Origin: Bdellovibrionales bacterium
GTDB taxonomy: Bacteria; Bdellovibrionota; Bdellovibrionia; Bdellovibrionales; JAGQZY01
Direction of reading: 5' to 3'
Length of the DNA: 64,000 nucleotides
NCBI GenBank assembly: GCA_964230645.1
Contig: CAXRHT010000002.1
Coordinates: forward strand, 1,760,001 to 1,824,000
Shown: piece after piece, positions 1 through 9,593 of the stretch
Layout of the letters: the number at the start of each line of letters is the position of its first letter
Numbering within the stretch: the stretch's first letter is position 1
Program-made: the position numbers and the translations under genes
Notes under the pieces: generated by a model
The model's database searches: none
What the model saw: the letters and a program-made list of their open reading frames with translations, nothing else
Told to the model about the DNA's origin: nothing

Positions 1-516
1 GATCTTAAAAACCAAACCGAAGATCTTTTGGAGGGCAAAGAGCCAAGAGAAGGCCTTAATTTCAACCCTCCCATTGCTTTTGAATGCCAACCTAAAATTG
101 GCTCTTACAATGATGACGGCTTTTGCTCAGAAGAAATGAAAATCATGAAAGAAACCAAAAAAATTCTTTCCATGCCTGAGCTTAAAGTTTCAGCTTTCAC
201 AGTTCGAGTTCCTACCCTTAATGGTCACGGTGAAGCCGTATGGATTACCTTTGATAAAGAGGTTTCAAAAGAGGAAATCGAGTCCACTCTTTCCGAGTGC
301 CCTTTTATCGATTACCTCCCCATGGGTGGAGACAAAAGCTTTCATAGCTACAAAGAGGTCACAGGGCATTCCAATGCTTTTGTCTCAAGATTGAGAAAAG
401 ACTTGGATTTTGAAAACACATGGATGATGTGGCTTGTGGCCGATAATCTATACCGAGGAGCCGCTTCCAACGGCCTTCTAATCGCTGAAAAGATTTTCGA
501 GCAATTGAAAAATTAA
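1..516 (+). CDS. asd: Aspartate-semialdehyde dehydrogenase, C-terminal part (5' end outside window)
   Basis: Motifs EEMKIMKETKKIL, VRVPTLNGHGEAV, SRLRKD, WLVADNLYRGAASN; the frame is open to the window start. Confidence 0.92.
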   Translation, partial: DLKNQTEDLLEGKEPREGLNFNPPIAFECQPKIGSYNDDGFCSEEMKIMKETKKILSMPELKVSAFTVRVPTLNGHGEAVWITFDKEVSKEEIESTLSECPFIDYLPMGGDKSFHSYKEVTGHSNAFVSRLRKDLDFENTWMMWLVADNLYRGAASNGLLIAEKIFEQLKN

Positions 517-634
517 TAAACGCTTAAAGTGGATGGGAACCTAGGCCTCCCACCACTTCAACACCAGTCGAAAATTTAAGCACTTCTGTTATTAACAAGT
601 TGAAAGCTACCCTGAGGCATGCCAGACTTTGGTT

Positions 635-2113
635 ATGAGCTCGAGTCTGCGCAGTATCGTCTTTGTTTTTATTCTTTTTTCTTTTTCATCAGCTTTATCG
701 GCTGTGCAGATTATTAATTTTTCTGCTCAAACCTACTCGAGAGCCGATGGCCCCTTTTTCGGAAACCAAAATGCCACCATTCACACGATTTACGGTGGAC
801 TCTCTGGAACGTGCGACACAAAAGTTCCTAATTCCGTTTGTAATAGCTGTGTGACCGACAGCCCTGATCCGACCGCGCCCTGCAACTCACGTCGAGTCCA
901 TGAAACTCTCCGTTTTGGAATTTCCATTCAGTCCGATCAACGAGGCCAAGTTATGGTCACAAATGATCTTGATGATGCCCAAGACCCTTTGGACTTCTAC
1001 GTTAACGGTATACTTAATAACGAACAAATCTTCGAACCCAACACCACCGTTCTTGTCGAAGTACCCTGGGGCGAAATTTGTGGTGACATTGTTGGTGGTT
1101 TAACTTCTCAATGCAATTTAGAAGACGGCGGCTCCATCGAAGCGGGTAATATTCGAATCGGTATCAACAACATTCCTCAAGGTACACCTGGAGGTATTGG
1201 TGGAGGTATCGGTGGTGGAGGTGGGTCCGGTGACAACCAGCTAACTTCCGGAGAGTTTGTTGAATTAAGAATAGTAATGGGATTAATGCCTGAGGGACAG
1301 ACCACTTTATGTATGGACGATGGAGGAGGCACTCCCACGGGAGCTTGTAACTTTATTGCTTACCCAGGTGACAAAAAGATTTTCCTCGAAGAAGTGTATG
1401 CGGACTGTAATTTCCCTGGCATTCAAGATAGCGATGCCTCAGTGGTCTCCATTCGAGTTTATCACTCAGACTCACTTCCCTATCCTAACATCAACTCCCC
1501 TGATTTTTCTGACATTCAAGTGCGCCTTAATGCTCCTTCTGCCTGTAATAATGGCGTTAAATTGGTCAACTTAGTGGACCCCATAGTTGAAGGTCTTACC
1601 AATGATACACCTCACTACTTTGCGATTGGTTTAGTCGACGAAACCACGAATGTAGGATTTGTAACCGATATGTCGGCTGGCAGCGATGATCAGAACGATC
1701 AATCCCTTTGCTACGAAGGGGCTGATTCTGATTGGCCTCAAAATTGTCATCGAGCTGTTCCCGCTGAAGTCATCGGACTTATACAGGATGAATTCGATTG
1801 TTTTATCACCACAGCCACCTATGGCTCCCCTTTTCGTCCAAAGGTGGAAGACTTCAGAAATTTTAGAAATCGTTTTCTTAAAAGCAATTGGATGGGACGA
1901 ATAGTGATTCAGTTCTACTATGACAACAGTCCTTCTATTGCAGCCTGGATCAGAAACCATCCGCGCTCAAAACCTTTGGTGCGCGCACTGCTTTATCCGT
2001 TTTGGCTTTTTGCAAAAATCACTCTACTTTGGCCTCTTGCCACAATAAGCTTTCTAATTTTGAGTTTTCTAAGCCTATTAGCCTTAGCCATCCGTAAGAG
2101 GATTTTCCTATGA
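635..2113 (+). CDS. Secreted Cys-rich surface protein with FN3-like segment and C-terminal CFI-box-CTERM domain
   Basis: Signal peptide; GLTNDTPHYFAIGLVDETTN; C-terminal CFITTATYGS...FRNFRNRFL...GRIVIQFYYDNSPSIA followed by a TM helix and basic tail. Confidence 0.8.
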   Translation: MSSSLRSIVFVFILFSFSSALSAVQIINFSAQTYSRADGPFFGNQNATIHTIYGGLSGTCDTKVPNSVCNSCVTDSPDPTAPCNSRRVHETLRFGISIQSDQRGQVMVTNDLDDAQDPLDFYVNGILNNEQIFEPNTTVLVEVPWGEICGDIVGGLTSQCNLEDGGSIEAGNIRIGINNIPQGTPGGIGGGIGGGGGSGDNQLTSGEFVELRIVMGLMPEGQTTLCMDDGGGTPTGACNFIAYPGDKKIFLEEVYADCNFPGIQDSDASVVSIRVYHSDSLPYPNINSPDFSDIQVRLNAPSACNNGVKLVNLVDPIVEGLTNDTPHYFAIGLVDETTNVGFVTDMSAGSDDQNDQSLCYEGADSDWPQNCHRAVPAEVIGLIQDEFDCFITTATYGSPFRPKVEDFRNFRNRFLKSNWMGRIVIQFYYDNSPSIAAWIRNHPRSKPLVRALLYPFWLFAKITLLWPLATISFLILSFLSLLALAIRKRIFL

Positions 2114-3129
2114 TAAAGGCACTTGGCTTTTTAATTCTATTCTCGACTCAGGTTTTTGCTCAAACCCCTCCCCCACGAGAGTACCCCTATCCGCCAGCAA
2201 AAACCAACGAAGACCTAGGATTGGAAAAACCAAAAAGAGTGGATCAAGACGGAGCCTACTACTACGAGACCGAATCCGAAAAATCCTCTCCTAAACCTTA
2301 TGAGGGAATCGAACAACCCTACAGGATTGGTGAGGATGGCGCTTATTATTATAATGAGGATAAGAAAACACCTTCGAACAAACCTTATAAAGGTGTGGAA
2401 CAACCGATCGAACAAGAAGATGACGGAAGTTACTACTATTCTGAAGACGATGAACCAGAAAAGCCTACAGTGACGTACGGACCGAAACCCTCAAAAGTTA
2501 AAGATGATGGCAGCTACATTTATGATCTCGACATCGAGGCCACAACCAACACACTTTCTATACGAGCGGGAATCTATGGTCCTCCAAAAATTGAGCCTGT
2601 TTCTGAAAGTGGCGAAAACTATGAGTCTGTGTATGGTGATAGTAGTGAATTTGTATTTGCTCTTGATTACGACTGGAAACTCTTCAACCAAGTCTACATA
2701 AAGTTCGGAACGGGAATATCATCGTCTCAAGGTAAAGGTCAGTTTGCCGGTGGTGCCAACGATGGTATTGAACCCAAAGAGAACTTTCAATTTTATGTTT
2801 TCCCCACAACACTCTCACTGGCTTACAAATTTCAGCTTTGGGACCTTCAGTACCTTACTCCCTACATTGAAGGGGGCGTGGGTTATTTCGGATTTATGGA
2901 AACGCGCTCTGATGGTGACAACACCAAGTTTGGGGGCGCTCCTGTGCTTTCGGCAACCGGAGGTCTTCTCATCTCTCTTACTCAGTTTCAAGAGGGCACA
3001 ACCATGTACACCGAATACGGTATCTCCCAAACCTGGTTTGATTTGCAGTTCAAACAAATCCTTGGCCTTGATGCTAGAAAAGATTTTACCTCTAATATGA
3101 TCACTGGTGGATTTGCCGTCGGCTTTTAA
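2110..3129 (+). CDS. Outer-membrane beta-barrel protein (MXAN_2562-like) with N-terminal tandem repeats
   Basis: Signal peptide, amphipathic strands (LTPYIEGGVGYFGF), terminal Phe (GGFAVGF); ATGA overlap with the upstream gene. Confidence 0.7.
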   Translation: MIKALGFLILFSTQVFAQTPPPREYPYPPAKTNEDLGLEKPKRVDQDGAYYYETESEKSSPKPYEGIEQPYRIGEDGAYYYNEDKKTPSNKPYKGVEQPIEQEDDGSYYYSEDDEPEKPTVTYGPKPSKVKDDGSYIYDLDIEATTNTLSIRAGIYGPPKIEPVSESGENYESVYGDSSEFVFALDYDWKLFNQVYIKFGTGISSSQGKGQFAGGANDGIEPKENFQFYVFPTTLSLAYKFQLWDLQYLTPYIEGGVGYFGFMETRSDGDNTKFGGAPVLSATGGLLISLTQFQEGTTMYTEYGISQTWFDLQFKQILGLDARKDFTSNMITGGFAVGF

Positions 3130-3806
3130 TCATCGTCATCAAGACTTCCACCCGACCCTCCTGCCGGTCTGGTTTCATCAAGACATAAAGATAGCTCTGC
3201 ATTTCCATCGTTAAATTCACAGGCCAATTCTTGGCCCGTCTGATCATCAACGGCGTGAAAAAGAAGGCGTGTTTTAAACTGGCGATCTTCCCGAGAACCA
3301 AACTCAAAAGGTGTGTAGGAATAGGTAAAAAATATTTGGCGACAGTTTCCGATCTCCTCTTCTTTTGAGGCTTCTAGTAGTAGCTCTAATAAAAGGTCTT
3401 CATAGTAGCGGGTTTCCATTTTATCTTTTAAGTAGCCATCTTTTGCAGCGATCGCTAAGGATTGGTGCCAAGCCTGCTGAGCGCTCGCTTTGATAATATT
3501 TTTTATGGTGGGATCTTCAATATCCTCTACTCGAATTGGTAGAACCACTTGATTCTGTCTTTTTTCTTTAAAATAGAGCCACAGCTCTCGGTACTCACTA
3601 GCTTGTGGATTAAGTACCAATGTCTCTGAGACCGCGACAGAATTGTCAGTGCAAAAGGACGCCACTGTCACATTCACCGGCTCTCTCGAATTGGTTTTAT
3701 TGGCCACTTCTTCAAACCAACCGCATGAGGGGACAATGAGGGGCACTAGAAGAATAAAAGCCAAAGAGTAATGCCGTATATCTTTCCATTGTGCCCTTAA
3801 AAACAT
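3126..3806 (-). CDS. Hypothetical lipoprotein
   Basis: 226-aa ORF; hydrophobic N-terminus ending VPSC; AGGAG SD upstream. Confidence 0.7.
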   Translation of the reverse strand: MFLRAQWKDIRHYSLAFILLVPLIVPSCGWFEEVANKTNSREPVNVTVASFCTDNSVAVSETLVLNPQASEYRELWLYFKEKRQNQVVLPIRVEDIEDPTIKNIIKASAQQAWHQSLAIAAKDGYLKDKMETRYYEDLLLELLLEASKEEEIGNCRQIFFTYSYTPFEFGSREDRQFKTRLLFHAVDDQTGQELACEFNDGNAELSLCLDETRPAGGSGGSLDDDD

Positions 3807-3938
3807 GAATTCTCCTTTTTAGATATTTCAAGAGTGCAAATCAGAGACCAGCCTAAAAAAAAGAGAAGGAATGGGGCAAAAGAGGCTCAAGCCAATTACT
3901 CCTTCCTTACAAGAAAGTTAAATGTCATAAATGAGGCG

Positions 3939-4736
3939 ATGATTAAGAAAGTGGATGGAACTAAATATAGATACAGGATTTGTGTGTCCTACGACGGTAC
4001 CGATTATCTCGGCTGGCAAAAGCAGCCCCAATCGGAAATGACCATCCAAGGCCAGATCGAAAGGGTTTTAATTAAGCTTTACGGTCAAAGAATTCCTGTG
4101 ATTGGCTCAGGCCGCACAGATCGCGGTGTGCACGCTCTTAATCAGTGGGCGCACTTTGATTTAGAAAGTGATCAAGATGTTGGTGAGCTGGCTTACAAGC
4201 TTCAGAAAATGACTCCAGACACATTGAGCATCAAACGCTTTGAATACGCCCCTCCCGAGTTCCATGCACAAATATCGGCGGAATCAAAATGTTATAAATA
4301 CCTAATATCTCTAGAGAAACCCGCAAACCCTTTCTTCCAGCGCTACTCCTGGTCGATTAAAAACCCTATAGATTTCGAGAACTTGCAGAAATTGGCTGCT
4401 GTTTTTCTAGGCGAACATGATTTTACCAGTTTTCAGTCTCAAGGAACCCCTGTGAGCACTCCGGTAAGAAAGATTTTTCATAGCCAGTGGAAAATTTCAA
4501 AGTCGGGAAGGCTTGAATATCAGGTGCGAGGCAGTGGTTTTTTAAAACAAATGGTTAGAAATATGGTGGGAACGATGATAAAACTTGAGCAAAATCAAGG
4601 GTCTACTGATGAGCTCAAAGCCATATTGGAAGCCACTGACAGGGGGGAAGCGGCCGCTCCCGCCCCCTCTCACGGCCTTTATCTTTGCTCCGTTCAATAT
4701 CCCAAGACCCTTGACAATAAGTGCCGAAAATTATAA
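3939..4736 (+). CDS. truA: tRNA pseudouridine(38-40) synthase
   Basis: YDGTDYLGWQKQ, GSGRTDRGVHA, GSGFLKQMVRNMVG, APAPSHGLYL; start trimmed to the likely ATG. Confidence 0.96.
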   Translation: MIKKVDGTKYRYRICVSYDGTDYLGWQKQPQSEMTIQGQIERVLIKLYGQRIPVIGSGRTDRGVHALNQWAHFDLESDQDVGELAYKLQKMTPDTLSIKRFEYAPPEFHAQISAESKCYKYLISLEKPANPFFQRYSWSIKNPIDFENLQKLAAVFLGEHDFTSFQSQGTPVSTPVRKIFHSQWKISKSGRLEYQVRGSGFLKQMVRNMVGTMIKLEQNQGSTDELKAILEATDRGEAAAPAPSHGLYLCSVQYPKTLDNKCRKL

Positions 4737-4739
4737 AGA
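4711..4739 (+). promoter_or_regulatory. Putative sigma70 promoter for rplM-rpsI inside the truA 3' end
   Basis: Perfect TTGACA at 4711-4716 followed by TTATAAAGAT; the -10 register is ambiguous. Confidence 0.5.
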
Positions 4740-4771
4740 TTTTCATTCTTAAATTTACCAAGGTTGAGATC

Positions 4772-5203
4772 ATGAAAACGTGGAATGCAAAAACTGAAGA
4801 TTTTGAAAATAATCGTAATTGGTACCTTGTGGACGCCCAAGGACAGAGTGTTGGACGCCTTGCTAGCCGAATCGCAATGGTTTTGTCTGGAAAATCAAAG
4901 CCCACATACACTCCTCATGTTGACACAGGTGACATGGTGGTTGTGATTAACGCTGATAAGGTTACAATGACTGGAAACAAATGGTGGGACAAAAAGTACT
5001 TTCGTCGTTCCCGTTTTTTTGGTTCCCTAAAGGAAACCACTGCCAGAGAGATGCTGGAAAAAGACCCTACTTTTATTTTAAAGGATGCTGTTCAAGGAAT
5101 GCTTCCTAAAACGAAGTTGGGCAACAAAATGTTAACGAAACTTAAGCTTTATGCTGGGGCGGAACACCCTCATCAAGCTCAGAACCCTCAGACCCTACAG
5201 TAA
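4772..5203 (+). CDS. rplM: 50S ribosomal protein L13
   Basis: WYLVDA, GRLAS, KPTYTPHVDTGD, GMLPK, HPHQAQ. Confidence 0.98.
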   Translation: MKTWNAKTEDFENNRNWYLVDAQGQSVGRLASRIAMVLSGKSKPTYTPHVDTGDMVVVINADKVTMTGNKWWDKKYFRRSRFFGSLKETTAREMLEKDPTFILKDAVQGMLPKTKLGNKMLTKLKLYAGAEHPHQAQNPQTLQ

Positions 5204-5224
5204 TAAGGTTAAGGAGATTATTGA

Positions 5225-5620
5225 ATGGCTGCTGCTACAGTATTTTACGCAACCGGAAGAAGAAAAACCAGTACAGCGCGTGTATTCCTCACACCCGGAT
5301 CTGGAAAAGTCACTATCAACGGTAAAGAGATGGAAACCTACATGAAGCGTCCATCTTCTAAAGCCCATATGAACTTTCCGTTGGAGCTTACTTCTCAAAA
5401 AGGAAAACTTGATATCACAGTCACTGTCCGCGGTGGTGGTGAGTCTGGACAAGCCGGAGCGATTCGCCACGGAATTTCCAGAGCTTTAACTCAGTTTGAC
5501 GAGTCTTTAAAAGACAGCCTTAAAAAGGCCGGCCTTCTTACTCGTGACTCTCGTATGGTTGAGCGTAAAAAATACGGTCTCAAAAAGGCGAGAAAAGCGA
5601 CTCAGTTCTCTAAACGTTAA
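5225..5620 (+). CDS. rpsI: 30S ribosomal protein S9
   Basis: [25 protein letters not shown]-terminal QFSKR. Confidence 0.98.
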   Translation: MAAATVFYATGRRKTSTARVFLTPGSGKVTINGKEMETYMKRPSSKAHMNFPLELTSQKGKLDITVTVRGGGESGQAGAIRHGISRALTQFDESLKDSLKKAGLLTRDSRMVERKKYGLKKARKATQFSKR

Positions 5621-5647
5621 TCCGTTTATTTTTCTTGAGCTTTTTCC

Positions 5648-5684
5648 AAAAGTCGTTTTCAATTGAAAACGACTTTTTTATTTT
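5648..5684 (+). terminator. Intrinsic terminator after rpsI
   Basis: AAAAGTCGTTTTC-AATT-GAAAACGACTTTT hairpin followed by a T-run. Confidence 0.85.
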
Positions 5685-5693
5685 GGAGATCCC

Positions 5694-7088
5694 ATTTCAC
5701 AACAAGAGAGATCAAAAAACTTAAAAGGCTTTTTCATCCTCCTGCTCCTCTACCTTACGGCTCTAAATTTACTTTCCTCTTGTGCCACATTATCAAAAAG
5801 CCAGAAAAGCATGATCGAAGAGGTGCAAAAAGACCTCAACGACCTGTTCGAAAGCTCTAAGCCAGGTCTTTGGTTTTCCTATGATTTAAGAAAGCACCCG
5901 ATCTTATTTGTTAGCCCTAAAAGGGAGAGCCTTTACCTTTATTTTAAAGGGCACTTAAAAGAGTTAGAATACAAGCCCGACTCTGAGAGTACCCATTCTT
6001 TTCAATCCGCCTTTGATGTGCAAAAGTTTGAGGGCAAAACCTCTCTTGTGATCAATCTTGATCACTCCGATAAAGCCTCAAAAAAAGAGCTCACTAATCT
6101 TATTCTCCATGAGGGCTTTCATACTTTTATTCAAACTGACGAGAGAGGCTGGGTGAAAACGGAGTCTGAACAATTCCGAGGCGATATCTATCCCCTACAG
6201 TCCATCCCTAGATACTTCCGCCTGGAGATGTATCAAAGCCTTAAAGACTACCTTGAAACAAATGAGCTTTCTCACCTGCACAACTACTCCTACTGGTTTT
6301 GGAAATGGAAGGTGACCTTCCCTAAGGAATACAACAACTACACCGACCGCATTGAAGGCAGTGCTGAGTACTACACTAACGAACAGCTCACCCGACTTGA
6401 AAACCTTAAGAGCTCAAATAAGATCACTTCTTTTGAACACTTTAAAAAATCAGAAAATTTTTTAAATCTCAAAGAAAGTTTAAGTTTAACCATCGAGTCC
6501 TATCACCTGGGTGCTTTAGCCGGCATCGTACTTGATGAAAAGCTTCCCCATTGGAAAAAAGAAGTGCGCAAAGGGGCTTCCCCCCTAGAGCTTCTAGCCC
6601 TTTTACAGACAAAAAGAAGAGAAAAGCCCAATTTCTCCCTACAAAATGAACTCATTCAAATTTCTGTAAAAAGAATGGAGCAAATCGATGGTGATGGTAG
6701 ACTTGATGAGAGCATTAAGCTTTTAGCAAACATAAAAGTCTTGATGCTCATTATCCCCATGTCGGAGGTGGAGTCTTCAGGCTTTATGAGCTCTGGTATG
6801 TATCAGTCTTTTTTTAATTTTCGCCTTATCAGTAATGTGCAATTCATAAAGCTTCTCACGCCCGTAAATATGAAGCACGAAAACTGGCAAACCCAAATTC
6901 CATCGGAAAAAATTTGGATTATGGCCAAAGATCATCCCTGCGCCAATGAATCCCTTGCCACAGTGATCCCGCTAAAAAGGGGAAGCTTTCAATATAAGAA
7001 TGGAAAACTTCAGGTGCTTGAACCCTACAATTTTAGTCTGGAAGTAAAGCCCTTTGATGACCGCCGTATCTTTTGCGCCAAACTGTAA
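5694..7088 (+). CDS. Putative lipoprotein zinc metallopeptidase (HEXXH+E type); first ATG is 5811, proposed ATT start at 5694
   Basis: ILHEGFH and downstream EGSAEY; the in-frame upstream extension encodes a hydrophobic stretch and lipobox LSSC. Confidence 0.7.
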   Translation: MSQQERSKNLKGFFILLLLYLTALNLLSSCATLSKSQKSMIEEVQKDLNDLFESSKPGLWFSYDLRKHPILFVSPKRESLYLYFKGHLKELEYKPDSESTHSFQSAFDVQKFEGKTSLVINLDHSDKASKKELTNLILHEGFHTFIQTDERGWVKTESEQFRGDIYPLQSIPRYFRLEMYQSLKDYLETNELSHLHNYSYWFWKWKVTFPKEYNNYTDRIEGSAEYYTNEQLTRLENLKSSNKITSFEHFKKSENFLNLKESLSLTIESYHLGALAGIVLDEKLPHWKKEVRKGASPLELLALLQTKRREKPNFSLQNELIQISVKRMEQIDGDGRLDESIKLLANIKVLMLIIPMSEVESSGFMSSGMYQSFFNFRLISNVQFIKLLTPVNMKHENWQTQIPSEKIWIMAKDHPCANESLATVIPLKRGSFQYKNGKLQVLEPYNFSLEVKPFDDRRIFCAKL

Positions 7089-7296
7089 TATCATACCTTG
7101 ATTACTAATTTTGCTTTGTGATGTTCAGCAAGTCTTAACTTTCTAGGTAGGCATTGTGGGAACTCGGTTACATGTACCACTGAGGAATGCAGATCTGTCG
7201 AGTATGGATAGAGTATTATTGACTAACACATGAAGAAGCTAAACTAAGCTAAGAGAGGGATTAAACACTCGATTGACCTAGGTTTATTTTTCACAA

Positions 7297-7641
7297 CTAT
7301 TTTACCTTTCTCATTTCTCGATCGACTGCCTCCGCCAACTTCTCACAATCTTTCATATTTTTGGCTTTACAACTCTTCTCCATACTATCAAACTTCTCAC
7401 AGGGTGATAGGTCTTTACCTTTGATATTGGTAATGCAGTCAACTTTATATTCCAGGTACTTACCAGAGACGGCTGTGATAGTGCCGATATCTTCGGTTTT
7501 TTGCCTTATTGTCTTGATCCTATCCCTCTCTTTTGCAATCTCTTCCTCCACATACCTCGTGCAGCTGATTGTAAAAAAAGCTAAATATAAAATAAGAACA
7601 AATCGTGTTTCTGTGGATCTGCCCTCCAAGTATATTCGCAT
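7297..7641 (-). CDS. Small hypothetical exported protein or lipoprotein
   Basis: AGGAG SD before ATG 7641; hydrophobic stretch ending TISC; 4 further Cys. Confidence 0.6.
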   Translation of the reverse strand: MRIYLEGRSTETRFVLILYLAFFTISCTRYVEEEIAKERDRIKTIRQKTEDIGTITAVSGKYLEYKVDCITNIKGKDLSPCEKFDSMEKSCKAKNMKDCEKLAEAVDREMRKVK

Positions 7642-7817
7642 TCTTTCTCCTGTCACATCGTTGGTTGGCCAATATCTAGCGGTACCAAAACCCATTCAAT
7701 ATTCGTAAAACTCGGTCAAAACATTTTACCTTTACGAAATCTAAAACCAGAATCTACTATAATGTTCTTTTACCTGAAGAATAGGACTCGGCAACAAATA
7801 TACTAGCTCAAGTGACC

Positions 7818-8549
7818 TTAGTGCTCGACATCAAGAACGATGGTGGTGATATTGTCATCTCCACCCTCTTCTTTGGCGCGATCCACACACATCTTTACGG
7901 CTTTTTCTTTGGGATTGTTTTTACAGATCTCATGGATTTCTCGGTCATCGACTAAACCGCAAAGTCCATCGGAACAAAGGAGGAAATGATCCCCCACAGA
8001 GAGTCCCTTTTTGATAATGTCGCAACGGACATTTCTCTCGAAACCAACACTTCGCGTTATGATATTCTTAGCCTGAAAGTCTTTGGCTTCACTGTCTTTT
8101 AATAAACCCGCACGAATGTGCTCATTTACCAGCGAGTGATCTTCGGTCATTTGCCAGAGATATTGGTTGTTAAAAAAGTAAGCTCTCGAATCTCCCACAT
8201 TGGCGATATAGATTTCCTGTTCATGAATATAAGCGACCACTAAGGTCGTTCCCATACCCTGAAACATATTGTTGTTCTCTTGGCTTTTTAGAAAAATGCG
8301 GGAGCTTGCCTCGATGTAACATTCCTCCAACATGGCTCTAGGAGACAAAAAGGTATGTTCTTCTCTGTGAGTTTTTACAGTTTCATGAACGGCTTCGACG
8401 GCCAAACGTGAGGCAAGATCGCCCCCCTTATGGCCACCCATTCCGTCGGCCACAATGAACAATCCCATATCTTCGTCGACCAACAGATTGTCTTCATTTT
8501 TGCTCCGCTTAAGACCAACGTCTGTGATCCCAAAAGCTGTTACTTTCAT
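7818..8549 (-). CDS. PP2C-family (Stp1/PrpC-like) Ser/Thr protein phosphatase
   Basis: NED, VADGMGG, GMGTT, NVGDSRAY, LCSDGL, DNIT motifs. Confidence 0.95.
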   Translation of the reverse strand: MKVTAFGITDVGLKRSKNEDNLLVDEDMGLFIVADGMGGHKGGDLASRLAVEAVHETVKTHREEHTFLSPRAMLEECYIEASSRIFLKSQENNNMFQGMGTTLVVAYIHEQEIYIANVGDSRAYFFNNQYLWQMTEDHSLVNEHIRAGLLKDSEAKDFQAKNIITRSVGFERNVRCDIIKKGLSVGDHFLLCSDGLCGLVDDREIHEICKNNPKEKAVKMCVDRAKEEGGDDNITTIVLDVEH

Positions 8550-8602
8550 AGTTTTGATTTTACGCAAGTAAGAGTATTAACTCAAAGAATTTATTTCTAG
8601 CC

Positions 8603-8630
8603 TCAATTTCTAAGCCTGACCCGCCGATAG
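8603..8630 (+). promoter_or_regulatory. Putative sigma28 (FliA) promoter
   Basis: TCAA-N16-GCCGATAG, 7 nt before the ATG at 8638. Confidence 0.65.
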
Positions 8631-8637
8631 AAAACCA

Positions 8638-9504
8638 ATGGAAAAAGGGCGGAAAACCACAAATCGATCATTTGTCATTTCACTGGCAATTCACATTCTC
8701 CTTCTGATTTTCCTTTTTGTTCACGAAAAAACTTTTGATTCAAAAAGAGAAAAGCCAGAAGAGATGGAAGTCCAGTGGGTGGAATTCAAAGAGCAACCTC
8801 AGCCTTTAAGAGAAGCACAGATTGTTGAGCAGGACGACAAGTCTCTTAACGACCAAGTGCCAGAAGACAATTATAAGCTGAGTAAAAACAATCAGGACGT
8901 ATTAAAAGAAACCAAAGCCCAAAAGCATGGCGAGTTTCAAAACCGCCGCAACCAAGTGGCTGGCGAGAAAAAGAAGCCTGAACCTAAGCAAGAAAAAGTC
9001 AGTGAGAAGCAAAAAGTACTCGATCAACTCAAGCCCTCGCTCTACGACACCCAATACGCTGCTAAAAAGCTAGCCCCACCCCCTGAGCCCGCCATGAGTG
9101 GAGCCGAGGTAAGCCAAAACGACGACTACCTAAAAGACGTTGTGGCTGGAGCTGAGACCCTTCTTAAAACCCGGGAGTTTGTTTACTACTCCTACTACAA
9201 CCGCATTAAGAAAAGACTCAAGCAACACTGGGAGCCTCGGATTCAGGAGAAAATCGTAAAAATCCTGCGTAAGGGCCGAAAAATCGCCAGTGTGAACGAC
9301 AAAATTACCCACCTTGTCATAACTCTTGATAAGGACGGAGAATTGAAAAGAATTCAAGTCAAACAGGCCTCGGGCTACAACGATTTAGATGATGCCGCTA
9401 TCGAAGCCTTTCGAGCCGCGGCTCCTTTTCCAAATCCTCCTAAGGGCATTGTCACAGGCGCTGGAGAGGTCCAAATTCCTTGGAGCTTCGTGCTTGAAAC
9501 CTGA
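8638..9504 (+). CDS. TonB-family energy transducer
   Basis: N-terminal TM with SxxxH (SLAIH), charged/Pro linker, C-terminal SGYNDLDDAAIEAFRAAAPFPNPP. Confidence 0.88.
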   Translation: MEKGRKTTNRSFVISLAIHILLLIFLFVHEKTFDSKREKPEEMEVQWVEFKEQPQPLREAQIVEQDDKSLNDQVPEDNYKLSKNNQDVLKETKAQKHGEFQNRRNQVAGEKKKPEPKQEKVSEKQKVLDQLKPSLYDTQYAAKKLAPPPEPAMSGAEVSQNDDYLKDVVAGAETLLKTREFVYYSYYNRIKKRLKQHWEPRIQEKIVKILRKGRKIASVNDKITHLVITLDKDGELKRIQVKQASGYNDLDDAAIEAFRAAAPFPNPPKGIVTGAGEVQIPWSFVLET

Positions 9505-9593
9505 TATATTTTAATATTTTAAAGGTCGAAAAAAGACTTAACGATCACCTGTTTTTTGCATAAGATCCGGCACAAACACGAACGAGGTTATCT

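Noticed and set aside
1190..1232. GGT/GGA-rich low-complexity tract as a DNA repeat element
   Set aside because: It simply encodes a Gly linker in the CFI-box protein
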